Below, in pieces: positions 1-9,464 of a stretch of 33,888 nt of DNA. Each line of letters starts with the position of its first letter. The stretch's first letter is position 1. The DNA is from Solirubrobacteraceae bacterium (GTDB lineage Bacteria > Actinomycetota > Thermoleophilia > Solirubrobacterales > Solirubrobacteraceae), in the NCBI GenBank assembly GCA_036509295.1, contig DATCFW010000033.1, positions 1 to 33,888 on the forward strand, given 5' to 3'. The position numbers and the translations under genes were made by a program. The notes under the pieces were generated by a model. That model was not told the origin of the DNA, ran no database searches, and worked only from the letters and a program-made list of their open reading frames with translations.

Positions 1-1331
1 GACTCCGCGTGGTCGTCGACGACCGAGCGCTCGGGATCGGAGCCCATCCGGCAGCCGCCCTGCACGTGGGTGCTCGACTGGCTGCTGGGCAGGACGCGCG
101 TGGCGCCGGCGGCCAGCAGCGCCTCGCGGGCGAACTGTTGAGCGGCCACGTCGCGCGCCTGCTCGACGGCGCTCCATGCGTACGAATACCGGTCACGCCC
201 GTCCTCGTCGATCCACGCGGTGCCGTTGTTCTCGTCGGTGACCATCGTCAGCAGGCCGCTGAAGTACCGGTACCGGCGGACCGTCTCTGACAGCTCCCGG
301 CCCCACATCGGCACGCCGTCCTCGTCGGCCACCATGATCGCGAAGCCGATCGGGTCCTGGATGGTGGCGGCCTCGACGATGAAGCCGCCGTCTGCGTCGC
401 GCTGGAACTTCATGCAGTGGGCGCTGATCGGGTAGACCATGTGCGCGTCCTGAGGCTCGTCGAACAGGCCGGCGATGATCCGCGCCGGATGCCAGCCGAC
501 GTGGCGGCCGACCAGCCGGGAGCTGGCCGAGCCCCCCGCCGCCTCGCGGATGCCCGAGCGCAGCAGCAGCTGCGGCGTGGCCATCGCCCCGCCGGCGACG
601 ACGACGGCGCTGGCGTCGACGGCGTGCGACCCCCCGTCGGCGTCACGGTATTCGATGCCTGTCGCCTCCGGCCCCGACCCGCGGTGCTCGATGACGACGC
701 GCTGGACGGTGCATCCGGCGCGCAGCGTCAGCCGCCCCTGCGCCCACGGCGGGTGGATGTAGACGTTCATGGAGTTCTTGCCCGCGTTCGTCGGGCACCC
801 TTGCAGGCACGAGCCACACCGCATGCAATTGGCATCGGTGTAGGACATGACCGGTTCCAGCTCGGCGCCCAGCGCCTGAAAGCCGGGGACGACGGTGCGG
901 ATGCACTGCTGCCAGTCAGACCGCTCGCGCACCCCCAGCCGCGCCGCGACGCGATCGAAGTGGGGCGCCATGTCGGCGGCGGCGAACGGGTCGCCGGCGG
1001 CGCCGACCAGGCCGCTGGCCGCGTGCCACTTGGCGTAGTCGTCGTCGGACGGCCGCAGCGCCACCTTCGTGTTCACCGTGGTCGTCCCGCCGACGCACCG
1101 GCCGCGGATCACCGCCAGCGGTGGCGCGCCGGCGGCCGCCGCCTGGACCAGGGTGGGCGGGAACCAGATGTCATGGTTGGCGTGCGCCTCCCACCGGGTG
1201 AAATCGGCCGCCGTGCGGTGCGGTCCGGCCTCCAGCAGCAGCACGCTGACGCCGGCGTCGGCGAGCTCGCCCGCGATCAGGCCGCCGCCGGCGCCCGAGC
1301 CGACGACGATCACGTCGAAGCGCTCACTCAT
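1..1331 (-). CDS. GMC-family FAD oxidoreductase (gluconate 2-dehydrogenase flavoprotein / long-chain alcohol oxidase-like) with Cys cluster; 3' end runs off the window
   Basis: Absent from the ORF track because it has no stop in the window. Translated by hand from the ATG at 1331 (ATGA overlap with the upstream stop): MSERFDVIVVGSGAGGG (FAD GxGxxG), RGRCVGGTTTVN, CMRCGSCLQGCP, GAMATPQLLLRSG, THVQGGCRMG; open to position 1. Confidence 0.9.
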   Translation of the reverse strand, partial: MSERFDVIVVGSGAGGGLIAGELADAGVSVLLLEAGPHRTAADFTRWEAHANHDIWFPPTLVQAAAAGAPPLAVIRGRCVGGTTTVNTKVALRPSDDDYAKWHAASGLVGAAGDPFAAADMAPHFDRVAARLGVRERSDWQQCIRTVVPGFQALGAELEPVMSYTDANCMRCGSCLQGCPTNAGKNSMNVYIHPPWAQGRLTLRAGCTVQRVVIEHRGSGPEATGIEYRDADGGSHAVDASAVVVAGGAMATPQLLLRSGIREAAGGSASSRLVGRHVGWHPARIIAGLFDEPQDAHMVYPISAHCMKFQRDADGGFIVEAATIQDPIGFAIMVADEDGVPMWGRELSETVRRYRYFSGLLTMVTDENNGTAWIDEDGRDRYSYAWSAVEQARDVAAQQFAREALLAAGATRVLPSSQSSTHVQGGCRMGSDPERSVVDDHAE

Positions 1332-1702
1332 CCCGTCACCCCCAGGTAGGACCAGTCCTTCTTGATGCGGGTGGCCAGCGGAGAGGCGAAGTCGATCTCC
1401 TCCCACGCCCCCGGTCCGGCGGCTTCCGGGGCGATGAAGTCGCTGTAGAAGGCCTCGCACGCGAGGGCGCGGACGAGCCCGAACTCAGGTGAGAACTGGT
1501 GCTGCGCCAGCGCCTCGCGGCCGCCGGGTGCCGCGTCGCGCAGCGACTCGAAGCAGGCCACTGCCCCGGCGCGATCGTCCGGTGGCATCCGCGCCAGCAG
1601 CGCATCGACGTACACCTCGGCGCCGACCCGCTCACACCCGGGCACGATCAGCTCGCACAGCGTCCTGACCAGCGCCGCCGTCGCTTGGTCGAGCACCTGC
1701 AT
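1328..1702 (-). CDS. Gluconate 2-dehydrogenase subunit 3-like small partner protein
   Basis: About 124 aa with LCELIVPG...VGAEVYVD...F.LVRALACEAFYSD...AWEEIDF, a pattern typical of this family. Overlaps both flanking GMC genes (TGATG and ATGA). An alternative GTG start lies at 1705. Confidence 0.75.
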   Translation of the reverse strand: MQVLDQATAALVRTLCELIVPGCERVGAEVYVDALLARMPPDDRAGAVACFESLRDAAPGGREALAQHQFSPEFGLVRALACEAFYSDFIAPEAAGPGAWEEIDFASPLATRIKKDWSYLGVTG

Positions 1703-3285
1703 CACACCACCCCCGCGGCGGCCGGCGCGCGACTGCCCGAGCGGATCAGGTCAGCCGCCTTCTCGGCGATCATGATCGTCGCCGCGTTGGTGTTGGCGCG
1801 GGTGATCTCGGGCATCACCGAGGCGTCGGCCACGCGCAGCCCGTCGACCCCGTACACCCGCAGCTCGGAGTCGACCACCGAGCCCATCGAGCAGGTCGAG
1901 GTGGGATGGAAGACCGTCATCCCCTCGCGCCGGGCGAACGCCATCAGGTCCTCGTCGGAGTCCGACTCCGGCACGCGGAACGGCCGGTCGATCACCGCTC
2001 GCAGGGCGGGCTGCTCGGCCATCTCCAGGGCCATCCGCAGCCCGGCCAGCAGGCTCGCGCGGTCCTCCTCGGTGGTGAGGAAGTTGCACACCACCCGTGG
2101 CTTGGCCTGCGGCATGGGGGAGCGGAGCATCACCCGCCCGCGGCTCGTCGGCTTGATCACCACCGGGCCGTAGGCCATGCCCGGGGCCTCGGGGGCGGTC
2201 AGTCCCCCGTCGTAGAGCATCCCCGGGGCGAAGTGGAACTCGACGTCCGGCGCCGGCACGCCGCTGCGAGCCCGGAAGAAGCCCGCGCCCTCCGGGATGT
2301 TGGACGTCAGCGGCCCGCGGCCCTCGGCCGCGAACAGCGCGAAGTTCTCCGGACTGGCGGCGTCGAACAGGGACGGCCCGGTCGTCGTGTAGTTGAGGTT
2401 CACCATGCAGTGGTCCTGGAGGTTGGCGCCGACCGGCAGCGCCTCGCGGATCTCGATCCCCATCGGCGCCAACTGGTCCTCGGGACCGATCCCCGACAGC
2501 ATCAGCAGCTGCGGCGAGTAGTACGCGCCGGCGGAGACGATCACTTCCCGCGACGCGTGGATGTCCCGCGTCTCGTTCAACCGGGCGTACTGCACCCCGC
2601 TCGCCTGGCGACCATCGAACAGCAGCCTGGTGGCGTAGGCGTGGGTCAGCACGGTCAGGTTGGGCCGCGAGCGAACCGGATGCAGGAACGCGTCGGCGGT
2701 GCTCAGGCGCCGGCCGTCGCGCTGGGTGAGCTGGAACCGTCCGACGCCCTCCTGGCGCGCGCCGTTGAAGTCGGGATTGAGCTCGTGGCCGGCCTGGTGG
2801 GCGGCCTCGATCATCGCGTCGACCAGCGGCTGCATCGAGCGGCTCTCGGAGACGGTGAGCGGTCCGCCGGCGCCGTGATACGCGTCCGCGCCCCGCTCGT
2901 TGTCCTCCGAGCGCTTGAAGTAGGGCAGCACGTCGTCGTAGCCCCAACCGTCGCACCCGGCGGCGGCCCATGCGTCGTAGTCCAACCGGTTGCCGCGGAC
3001 GTAGATCATCGCGTTGATCGAGCTGCAGCCGCCGAGCATCCGCCCCCGGGGCAGGTACAGGCGGCGGTTGTCCATTCCCGGCTCCGGATCGCCGAACAGG
3101 TCCCAGTCGAGCTCGGTCTTGAACATGATCGGGAAGATCGCCGGGATCCGGATCTCGGGCGCGGTGTCCTCCCCGCCGGCCTCGAGCAGCGCCACGCGAA
3201 CGTCGGGATCCTCGCTCAGCCGTGCCGCCAGCACGCAGCCGGCGGAGCCGGCACCGACGATGACGTAGTCGAACTGCTCACTCAC
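1702..3285 (-). CDS. GMC-family oxidoreductase, choline dehydrogenase / aryl-alcohol oxidase-like
   Basis: 527 aa; FDYVIVGAGSAGC, RGRMLGGCSSINAMIYVRG, GANLQDH, catalytic FHPTSTC and NTNA (His/Asn pair). Confidence 0.93.
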   Translation of the reverse strand: MSEQFDYVIVGAGSAGCVLAARLSEDPDVRVALLEAGGEDTAPEIRIPAIFPIMFKTELDWDLFGDPEPGMDNRRLYLPRGRMLGGCSSINAMIYVRGNRLDYDAWAAAGCDGWGYDDVLPYFKRSEDNERGADAYHGAGGPLTVSESRSMQPLVDAMIEAAHQAGHELNPDFNGARQEGVGRFQLTQRDGRRLSTADAFLHPVRSRPNLTVLTHAYATRLLFDGRQASGVQYARLNETRDIHASREVIVSAGAYYSPQLLMLSGIGPEDQLAPMGIEIREALPVGANLQDHCMVNLNYTTTGPSLFDAASPENFALFAAEGRGPLTSNIPEGAGFFRARSGVPAPDVEFHFAPGMLYDGGLTAPEAPGMAYGPVVIKPTSRGRVMLRSPMPQAKPRVVCNFLTTEEDRASLLAGLRMALEMAEQPALRAVIDRPFRVPESDSDEDLMAFARREGMTVFHPTSTCSMGSVVDSELRVYGVDGLRVADASVMPEITRANTNAATIMIAEKAADLIRSGSRAPAAAGVV

Positions 3286-4312
3286 CTCGGATCACCACTT
3301 TCATCACCTCGGTCGGATTGCTCATGGCAAAGCGCATCGCCTCCGGAGCCTGCGCGAGCGCGAACTCGTGGCTGATCAGGCGGGAGAGGGCCGGCCCGTT
3401 GCGCTCGACCACCGCCACCGCCTCGGCGAAGTCCGCGGCGTCGCAGCAGCTGGCGCCCAGCAGATCCAATTCCTTCTCGGTGAGGCTGCCGATCCGAATC
3501 GACACCTCATCGGTCGACATGCCGACCTGGACGGCGCGACCCGCCGACGCGACGGTGTCGATCATGGCCCGCACCGCCGCCGGCACGCCGGTGGCATCGA
3601 GGCCGACGGGCGGCCCGCCGGGGCCGCCCCATTCGCGGGCGCGAGCCACGACCTCGGCGGCGTCGGTCCAGACGAGCGTCTCGGCGCCGATCGCCCGGCC
3701 CAGCTCCAGGCGGCTGTCCTGCAGGTCGATGAGCAGGACCTTGGCCCCGAGCTCCAGCGCCACCACGGCCACGCACTGACCGATCGGACCGGCGCCGAGC
3801 ACGATCACGCGCTCGCCGGCCTGGATACGGGCTCGCCGGACGGCGTGCACGGCCACCGAGACCGGCTCGGCCAGCGCCGCCAGGGCGCCGTCCGCCGCGT
3901 CGATGCCGAACACCTGCTCCTGCGGGAGGCGCAGAAGCTCCTGGAGACCTCCGTCGACATGGATCCCGATCAGCTCAAAGTTGTCGCAAGCGTTTGCGCG
4001 GCCGACGCTGCAGGGGTAGCACCGTCCGCAGGCGCTGATCGGCAGCATCGCGACTCGCTGGCCGGCCGTGAGGCCGGGCCGGCAGCCGGGGCCCACCGCG
4101 GCCACCGTCGCGCCGACCTCGTGGCCCAGGACCCGGGGGAACTGCGACCCACCCGCGGCAGCGGACATCTCGCCGGTGAAGAAGTGATAGTCCGAGCCGC
4201 ACAGCCCGACCGCCTCGGGGTGCACGATCACCTGACCGGGGCCCGGCTCCTCGGGCTCGGGCCGCTCGCGCAGGGACATCGATCCGACGCGCTCGGTCAC
4301 GGCCGCACGCAC
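3278..4312 (-). CDS. Zn-dependent medium-chain alcohol dehydrogenase (threonine / sugar-acid dehydrogenase-like)
   Basis: CGSD and GHE catalytic Zn motifs, CGRCYPCSVGRANAC structural Zn motif, GAGPIG Rossmann motif. Confidence 0.92.
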   Translation of the reverse strand: MRAAVTERVGSMSLRERPEPEEPGPGQVIVHPEAVGLCGSDYHFFTGEMSAAAGGSQFPRVLGHEVGATVAAVGPGCRPGLTAGQRVAMLPISACGRCYPCSVGRANACDNFELIGIHVDGGLQELLRLPQEQVFGIDAADGALAALAEPVSVAVHAVRRARIQAGERVIVLGAGPIGQCVAVVALELGAKVLLIDLQDSRLELGRAIGAETLVWTDAAEVVARAREWGGPGGPPVGLDATGVPAAVRAMIDTVASAGRAVQVGMSTDEVSIRIGSLTEKELDLLGASCCDAADFAEAVAVVERNGPALSRLISHEFALAQAPEAMRFAMSNPTEVMKVVIRGE

Positions 4313-4316
4313 CGAT

Positions 4317-5471
4317 CTACCCCCACACCTCGGCGGCGGTCTCGACGATCAGCTCGAGTTTGGCCACCTGCTGCTCGTAGCTGACCGCGTTGCCGTCCAC
4401 CGTGGAGGAGAAGCCGCACTGAGGCGAGAGGCAGAGCTGCTCGATCGGCACGAACTTCGATGCCGCCTCGATCCGCCGGCGCAGATCGTCCTTGTTCTCC
4501 AGCTCGCCGCGTTTGCTCGTCACCAGTCCAAGCACCACCATCTTGCCCGGCGGCACGTACCGCAGCGGCTCGAACCCACCGGAGCGCTCGTCGTCGTACT
4601 CGAGGAAGAACCCGTCGACGTCGAGGCCGCCGAACAGCGTCTCGGCGACGTAGTCATAGCCGCCCTCGGCCGCCCACGAGGACCGGAAGTTGCCGCGGCA
4701 CAGGTGGGTGGTGATCGTCAGCCCCTCCGGCCGGCCGGCGAGGGCGTTGTTGATGTTGCGCACGTAGGTCTCGTGCAGGTGAGCGGTGTCCTCGCCCCGC
4801 TCGGTCAGATAGTCGCGCTGATTGGGGTCGTTGAGGTAGGCCAGGCTGGTGTCATCGAGCTGGAGATACTGGCAACCAAGCGCGGCAATTTCCTTGATCT
4901 GCTTCGCGTAGGCCGCCTGGAGGTCTGACCAGAACGGCTCGAGGTCCGGGTAGACGTCCGGGTTCAGCGCCGCGCGGCCGCTGCGGTAATGGACCATGTT
5001 CGGCGACGGGATCGTCAGCTTGGGGGTGACGCCATCACCGGCGACGGCCTTCAGGAACGTGAAGTCGTCGGCGAAGATCGTCCGATCCAGGCGCACCTTC
5101 TCGGTGACGGCGATCGCCGCCGGCTTGAAGTCCACCGTGCCGTCGGCGTTGCGGAAGTGAACCTCGATGTCGCCCTGGATCTTGTCGATCCCGCCGAGCT
5201 GGTAGATGAAGTCCATGTGCCACGAGGCGCGGCGGAACTCCCCATCGGTGACCGCCTGCAGCCCGACGTCGCGTTGCATCGCGACGATCTTGCGAATCTC
5301 CTCGTCCTCGACGACGCGCAGGTCCGCGCCGGAGAGCGTGCCCGCGGTGTGGTCCTCGCGGGCCTGGAGCAGTCGGCGGGGGCGCAGCAGGCTCCCGACG
5401 TGGTCGGCTCGAAAGGGCGGCGTGGTCCGGCGCCCAGCGGTGATTGCTGCAGTCTCGGATTCGGGGGCCAT
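4317..5471 (-). CDS. Single-barrel cobalamin-independent methionine synthase II-family (MetE C-terminal-like, YxjG/YxjH-type) Zn enzyme
   Basis: 384 aa (half of MetE); HVGSLLRP, TDGEFRR, LQLDD, and Zn ligands in HLCRGN, FLEYD and SPQCGF. AGGAGG RBS upstream. Confidence 0.9.
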   Translation of the reverse strand: MAPESETAAITAGRRTTPPFRADHVGSLLRPRRLLQAREDHTAGTLSGADLRVVEDEEIRKIVAMQRDVGLQAVTDGEFRRASWHMDFIYQLGGIDKIQGDIEVHFRNADGTVDFKPAAIAVTEKVRLDRTIFADDFTFLKAVAGDGVTPKLTIPSPNMVHYRSGRAALNPDVYPDLEPFWSDLQAAYAKQIKEIAALGCQYLQLDDTSLAYLNDPNQRDYLTERGEDTAHLHETYVRNINNALAGRPEGLTITTHLCRGNFRSSWAAEGGYDYVAETLFGGLDVDGFFLEYDDERSGGFEPLRYVPPGKMVVLGLVTSKRGELENKDDLRRRIEAASKFVPIEQLCLSPQCGFSSTVDGNAVSYEQQVAKLELIVETAAEVWG

Positions 5472-5488
5472 GGTTTACCTCCTGGCGT

Positions 5489-5920
5489 TCATGACATCAC
5501 GTTGATCTCGATCCGCAGTCCGTCCGGATCGCCGAAGAACAGCTGGCGCGGCCCGCCGCCCGGGACGTCGTTGCGCACCGGCTCGATGCCGGCCGCCGCC
5601 AGGCGGGCCGTCACCGCGTCGTAGTCGGCCGCGCGGAACGCGATGTGGTCCACCGGCCCGGCCGCGACCCCGTCGGCGCCGCCGGCCTGTTCGGCCACCG
5701 CCAGCCCCAGCGTCAGGGCATGCCGGCGATACGAGGCGCGGCCGGCGATGTGCAGGCACGGCCGCTCGCCGGCGTACAGCCAGTACCCCGTGAACGGGAA
5801 CGGCGGCCGGTCGCCGGCACGCAGGCCCAGCGCCTGCTCATAGAAATCTCGGGTCCGGTCGATGTCGTCTGCGAGCACGAGCACGTGCTCCAGCTCGGAC
5901 ACGCCGAGCTTGCGGCTCAT
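5489..5920 (-). CDS. VOC (glyoxalase/bleomycin resistance/dioxygenase) family protein
   Basis: 143 aa; LEHVLV...RDFYEQALGL, VDHIAF, QLFFGDPDGLRIE. Confidence 0.88.
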   Translation of the reverse strand: MSRKLGVSELEHVLVLADDIDRTRDFYEQALGLRAGDRPPFPFTGYWLYAGERPCLHIAGRASYRRHALTLGLAVAEQAGGADGVAAGPVDHIAFRAADYDAVTARLAAAGIEPVRNDVPGGGPRQLFFGDPDGLRIEINVMS

Positions 5921-6681
5921 CCGCCGGCCGGCAGGCTCTCGGGTGCGGTGGCGTGGCCGTCGGCGCGTCCGCGCAGCAGGTAGGCGGAGTGGAGCAGCTC
6001 GGGCTTCTCACGCAGCTCGTGGGCGGTCCCCGAGTACTGGATGTGACCGCCCTCCATCACGTAAGCGCGGTTGGACATGCCGAGCGCGACGGGCGCGAAC
6101 TGCTCAATCAGCAGCACGCCGATCCCGGCGTCGGTGATCGCCTTGATCGTCGGGATGAGACGCTGGATGACGACGGGAGCGAGGCCGAGCGACAGCTCGT
6201 CGATGATCACGAACTTCGGGCTGGAGACGAGCGCCTGCGCCAGCACCACCATCTGCTGCTCGCCGCCCGACAGGGCCCGGGCCTGGTTGCCGAGCCGCTT
6301 CTCAAGCTCGGGGAACATCTCCAGCGCGCGCTTGCGGCCGGTCTCGGCCTCAGCGCCGCGCATCGCGTATGTGGCGACGCGGATGTTGTCCTCCACGGTC
6401 AGCTCGGGGAGCAGCCGCCGTCCCTCGGGGACGATCGCCAGCCCGGCGCCGCGGATCCGCTCCGGCCGGCGGCCGGCAAGGTTCTCGTCGCCCAGCATCA
6501 CCGAGCCCGCCTTCAGCGCCAGCAGCCCGCCGACGGCGAGCACCATGCTGGACTTCCCCGCGCCGTTGGGGCCGAGCAGGGCCGTCACCTCGCCGGGGGT
6601 GATCTCGATCGTCACGTCACGGACGACATCCCGACCGCCGCGCCCGACGACGAGGTTCTGGAGGGTGAGGCTGTCGCTCAT
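5917..6681 (-). CDS. ABC transporter ATP-binding protein, LivF-like
   Basis: Probable start is the ATG at 6681 (MSDSLTLQ, ATGA overlap), inside track ORF 5917..7317; GPNGAGKS, VPEGRR, LSGGEQQM, IIDELSLGLAP, IEQ. Confidence 0.92.
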   Translation of the reverse strand: MSDSLTLQNLVVGRGGRDVVRDVTIEITPGEVTALLGPNGAGKSSMVLAVGGLLALKAGSVMLGDENLAGRRPERIRGAGLAIVPEGRRLLPELTVEDNIRVATYAMRGAEAETGRKRALEMFPELEKRLGNQARALSGGEQQMVVLAQALVSSPKFVIIDELSLGLAPVVIQRLIPTIKAITDAGIGVLLIEQFAPVALGMSNRAYVMEGGHIQYSGTAHELREKPELLHSAYLLRGRADGHATAPESLPAGG

Positions 6682-7400
6682 ACCGCTGCTGCCGCCTCGC
6701 CGCCCAGGTACGCGTGCACGACCCGTTCGTCGCGGAGCACGTCGGCCGTTGCGCCGGACGCGATCAGCTTGCCGAAGTCCAGCACCGCGGTCTGGCTGCA
6801 GCAGTTGGAGACGAGGCTCATGTCGTGATCGACGAGGATCACCATCGCGCCGGTGCGCTCGGGGATCTCCCGGATGACCGCGCCGAGATGGGCGGTCTCC
6901 TCGTCGGGCAGTCCGGCGGCGGGCTCGTCGAGCAGGACGAGCTTGGGCCGTCCGACGAGCGCGCGGGCGACCTCCACCAGCCGGCGCTCGGCTGCGCCCA
7001 GGCTGCCCACCTTGGCCTGAGGCCCCGAGGCCATGCCGACGAGCTCGATCGCCCCCAGCACGTCGATTCGGCGCGAGGAGCCGCTCAGCTTGGAGTGCTC
7101 GTGGATCATCGCGACGTTGTCGTAGATCGAGAGCTGCTCGATCGCCTGCTCGGTCTGGAAGGTGCGGCGCACGCCCCACCGGGCGCGCCGGAAGTGCGCC
7201 ATCGCCAGCAGCGGCTCCCCGAACGCCGTCACCGACCCGCCGATCGGCTTGACAAACCCTGACAGGACGTTGAAGAACGTGGTCTTGCCGGCGCCGTTGG
7301 GCCCGATCAACCCACACACGCCCGGTTCAAAGGTCGCGGTCATACCGTCGATCGGCGTGACTCCGCCGAACCGGACGGTGAGGTCTGAGACCTCGATCAC
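6678..7400 (-). CDS. ABC transporter ATP-binding protein, LivG-like
   Basis: Probable start is the GTG at 7400 (VIEVSDLTVRFGG, GTGA overlap), inside track ORF 6678..8207; GPNGAGKTT, RTFQ, LLDEPAAG, DHDM, AYLG. Confidence 0.92.
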   Translation of the reverse strand: MIEVSDLTVRFGGVTPIDGMTATFEPGVCGLIGPNGAGKTTFFNVLSGFVKPIGGSVTAFGEPLLAMAHFRRARWGVRRTFQTEQAIEQLSIYDNVAMIHEHSKLSGSSRRIDVLGAIELVGMASGPQAKVGSLGAAERRLVEVARALVGRPKLVLLDEPAAGLPDEETAHLGAVIREIPERTGAMVILVDHDMSLVSNCCSQTAVLDFGKLIASGATADVLRDERVVHAYLGGEAAAAV

Positions 7401-8479
7401 GCGGTCTCCGTCGGGGCGGGCGCGCGTCCGAATCGGCGGGCGATCAGCCGTCCGAGCCGGGCGATGTCCTTTGGCAGCTGATCGACGATGCCGGTGGGTG
7501 CGGTCGTGAGCACCTGCAACACGCCGATGCCGAACAGGATGATCAGCCAGTCCGGCGACACCCCGAGGTTGTTGAGCACGGCCGGCAGCAGCTGCAGCAG
7601 CAGCGCGGCGACGATCGCCCCCCAGATGCTGTACGCGCCGCCCATCAGCACCACGGCGAGCAGGGTGATCGAGTCCTGGGTCTGGAAGTCGATCGAGTAC
7701 AGGTACCGGACCGCGCCGGCCATCACGGCCCCGGCGACGCCGGTCACGAACGAGGCCAGCGCGAACGCCCACAGCTTGTAGAGCGTCGTGTTGATCCCGG
7801 CGGCGAGTGCCGCCGTCTCGCTCTGGCGGATCGCGGCCCAGGCGCGCCCGGGGCGGGTGCGGACGTGGATCAGCACGAGCAGGAACATCAGTGCGCCGAC
7901 GATCACCGAGTAGCGGAAGTAGGCCGGGTCGGTCTGGGCGATGCCGGGCCGACGGATGGGGGGGATGTGCACCTCGCTGCCGTTGTAGCCGCTGAATCCG
8001 TGCCCGCCGTTGGGGAAGTTCAGGGACGCGAGCACGACGGTGATCGCGCCGGCCAGCATCAACGTGATCAGTGCCAGGTACAGGCCGCGCATCCGCAGCG
8101 CGGGCAGACCGACGAGCGTCCCCAGGACCATCGTGATCACGCCGGAGGCGAGCAGCACGACCTCGTAGGGCAGCCCGGTTCCGAACAGGAGCCGGGCGGC
8201 GACCCACGCCCCGATCGCCAGCACCGCCGCCTGACCGAGAGACACCAGGCCAACCCGTCCGACCAGGACGCCGAGTCCGAGCGCGACGATCGAGTACACG
8301 ACGACCTGCGTCATCGCGTCGATGTAATAGAGGCTGAGCAGTTGCGGCAGCCCGATGAGGACGAACAGCAGCAGCACCGCGATGACCGCGGCGCGGACGC
8401 GCAGCCCGCGCTCGAAGCGCGGTTGCGCGGCCGGCGCGGCGGCCTCAGGGGAGGTGGTGGGGTGCTCGGCGGTGGCCAT
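7397..8479 (-). CDS. Branched-chain amino acid-type ABC permease, LivM-like
   Basis: Hydrophobic 360 aa; GLVSLGQAA, LPALRMRGLYLALITL, GRAWAAIRQSETAALAAGIN. Confidence 0.92.
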   Translation of the reverse strand: MATAEHPTTSPEAAAPAAQPRFERGLRVRAAVIAVLLLFVLIGLPQLLSLYYIDAMTQVVVYSIVALGLGVLVGRVGLVSLGQAAVLAIGAWVAARLLFGTGLPYEVVLLASGVITMVLGTLVGLPALRMRGLYLALITLMLAGAITVVLASLNFPNGGHGFSGYNGSEVHIPPIRRPGIAQTDPAYFRYSVIVGALMFLLVLIHVRTRPGRAWAAIRQSETAALAAGINTTLYKLWAFALASFVTGVAGAVMAGAVRYLYSIDFQTQDSITLLAVVLMGGAYSIWGAIVAALLLQLLPAVLNNLGVSPDWLIILFGIGVLQVLTTAPTGIVDQLPKDIARLGRLIARRFGRAPAPTETA

Positions 8480-8482
8480 CGG

Positions 8483-9409
8483 CTAAAACCCCTGACGCCC
8501 GACCGACAGGACGCGCCGGCGGTTGAGCACCAGCAGCGCGATCGCCGCCAGCGCGAATGGTGTCATGTCGCGGTAGTTGGTGAGCGCCGTAACCGGCGTC
8601 AGCAGGGCGTCGATCACCCCGATGACGATCGCCGCGAAGAAGGTGATCACGATCGAACTCAACCGGGCGATCAATGCCGCCGACAGCGTGAAGATGACCA
8701 GGAAGGTGAGCGTCGTCGCGTCGAGCGCGACGAGATCGGCGAGCAGGATCCCGGCGATGCCGGACACGATGCCGCAGCCGAACCAGGCGACGGCCTCGAC
8801 CCGGCGCACCGGGACGCCGAGCGTCGCCGTGATCTCACGATCGTTGGCCATCGCCCGCATCGCGGTCCCGAGCTTGCTGTAGCGCAGGAACGCCGTCGTG
8901 ACGATCGTGATCACGACACCGACCGCCAGCGCGATCACGTCGGTCGTGGTGACCTGAACCTGGCCCACGATGAAGCCGTGATTGTCGGTCGGCAGCGTGA
9001 TCGAGCGCGACGCGCCGCCGTTGGACGTCCACAGCAGATCCATCACCCCGAGCAGGATCAGCGTCAGGCCGAGCGTGGCGGTGGTCTTCACCAGCGGATC
9101 ACGACCCGCCAGTGCTCGGCCGAACACCATCCCGTACGCCAGCGTGAGCACCCCGGAGAACAGAACGCACACCAGGTACGCCAGCCACTGGTTCATGCCC
9201 GAGTGGTTGATCAGCTGCCATGCGATCAGGGCACCGAACGCCCCCACGGCACCGAACGACAGGTTCAGGACCCCTGTCGTTCGGTAGAGCACGATCATCC
9301 CCACGCCCGAGAGGGCATAGACCCCGCCGAGCGCGAGCCCGGTGACGAGGAACGCCTGCTCGTCCTGCCAGCTCGGAAGCGACAGTGCCATGAGGATGAA
9401 CGGATGCAT
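8483..9409 (-). CDS. Branched-chain amino acid-type ABC permease, LivH-like
   Basis: GLALGGVYAL, YRTTGVLNLSFG, SKLGTAMRAMANDREITATLGV. Confidence 0.92.
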   Translation of the reverse strand: MHPFILMALSLPSWQDEQAFLVTGLALGGVYALSGVGMIVLYRTTGVLNLSFGAVGAFGALIAWQLINHSGMNQWLAYLVCVLFSGVLTLAYGMVFGRALAGRDPLVKTTATLGLTLILLGVMDLLWTSNGGASRSITLPTDNHGFIVGQVQVTTTDVIALAVGVVITIVTTAFLRYSKLGTAMRAMANDREITATLGVPVRRVEAVAWFGCGIVSGIAGILLADLVALDATTLTFLVIFTLSAALIARLSSIVITFFAAIVIGVIDALLTPVTALTNYRDMTPFALAAIALLVLNRRRVLSVGRQGF

Positions 9410-9464
9410 ATGGGTGGACGGTCAGCGCCCCGATCGCATGGTGTGCCTTGCCTTTTCGAGCTGC

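Noticed and set aside
4317-5471. Canonical metE with an upstream SAM or cobalamin riboswitch
   Set aside because: The protein is half-length, and only 17 bp separate it from the upstream gene.
5917-8207. Apparent N-terminal extensions or fusions in track ORFs (5917..7317, 6678..8207; also 11956..13107, 16998..17969, 24294..26318)
   Set aside because: The extensions are read-through of upstream genes in another frame, or of intergenic DNA. Better starts with stop/start overlaps or an RBS exist downstream.
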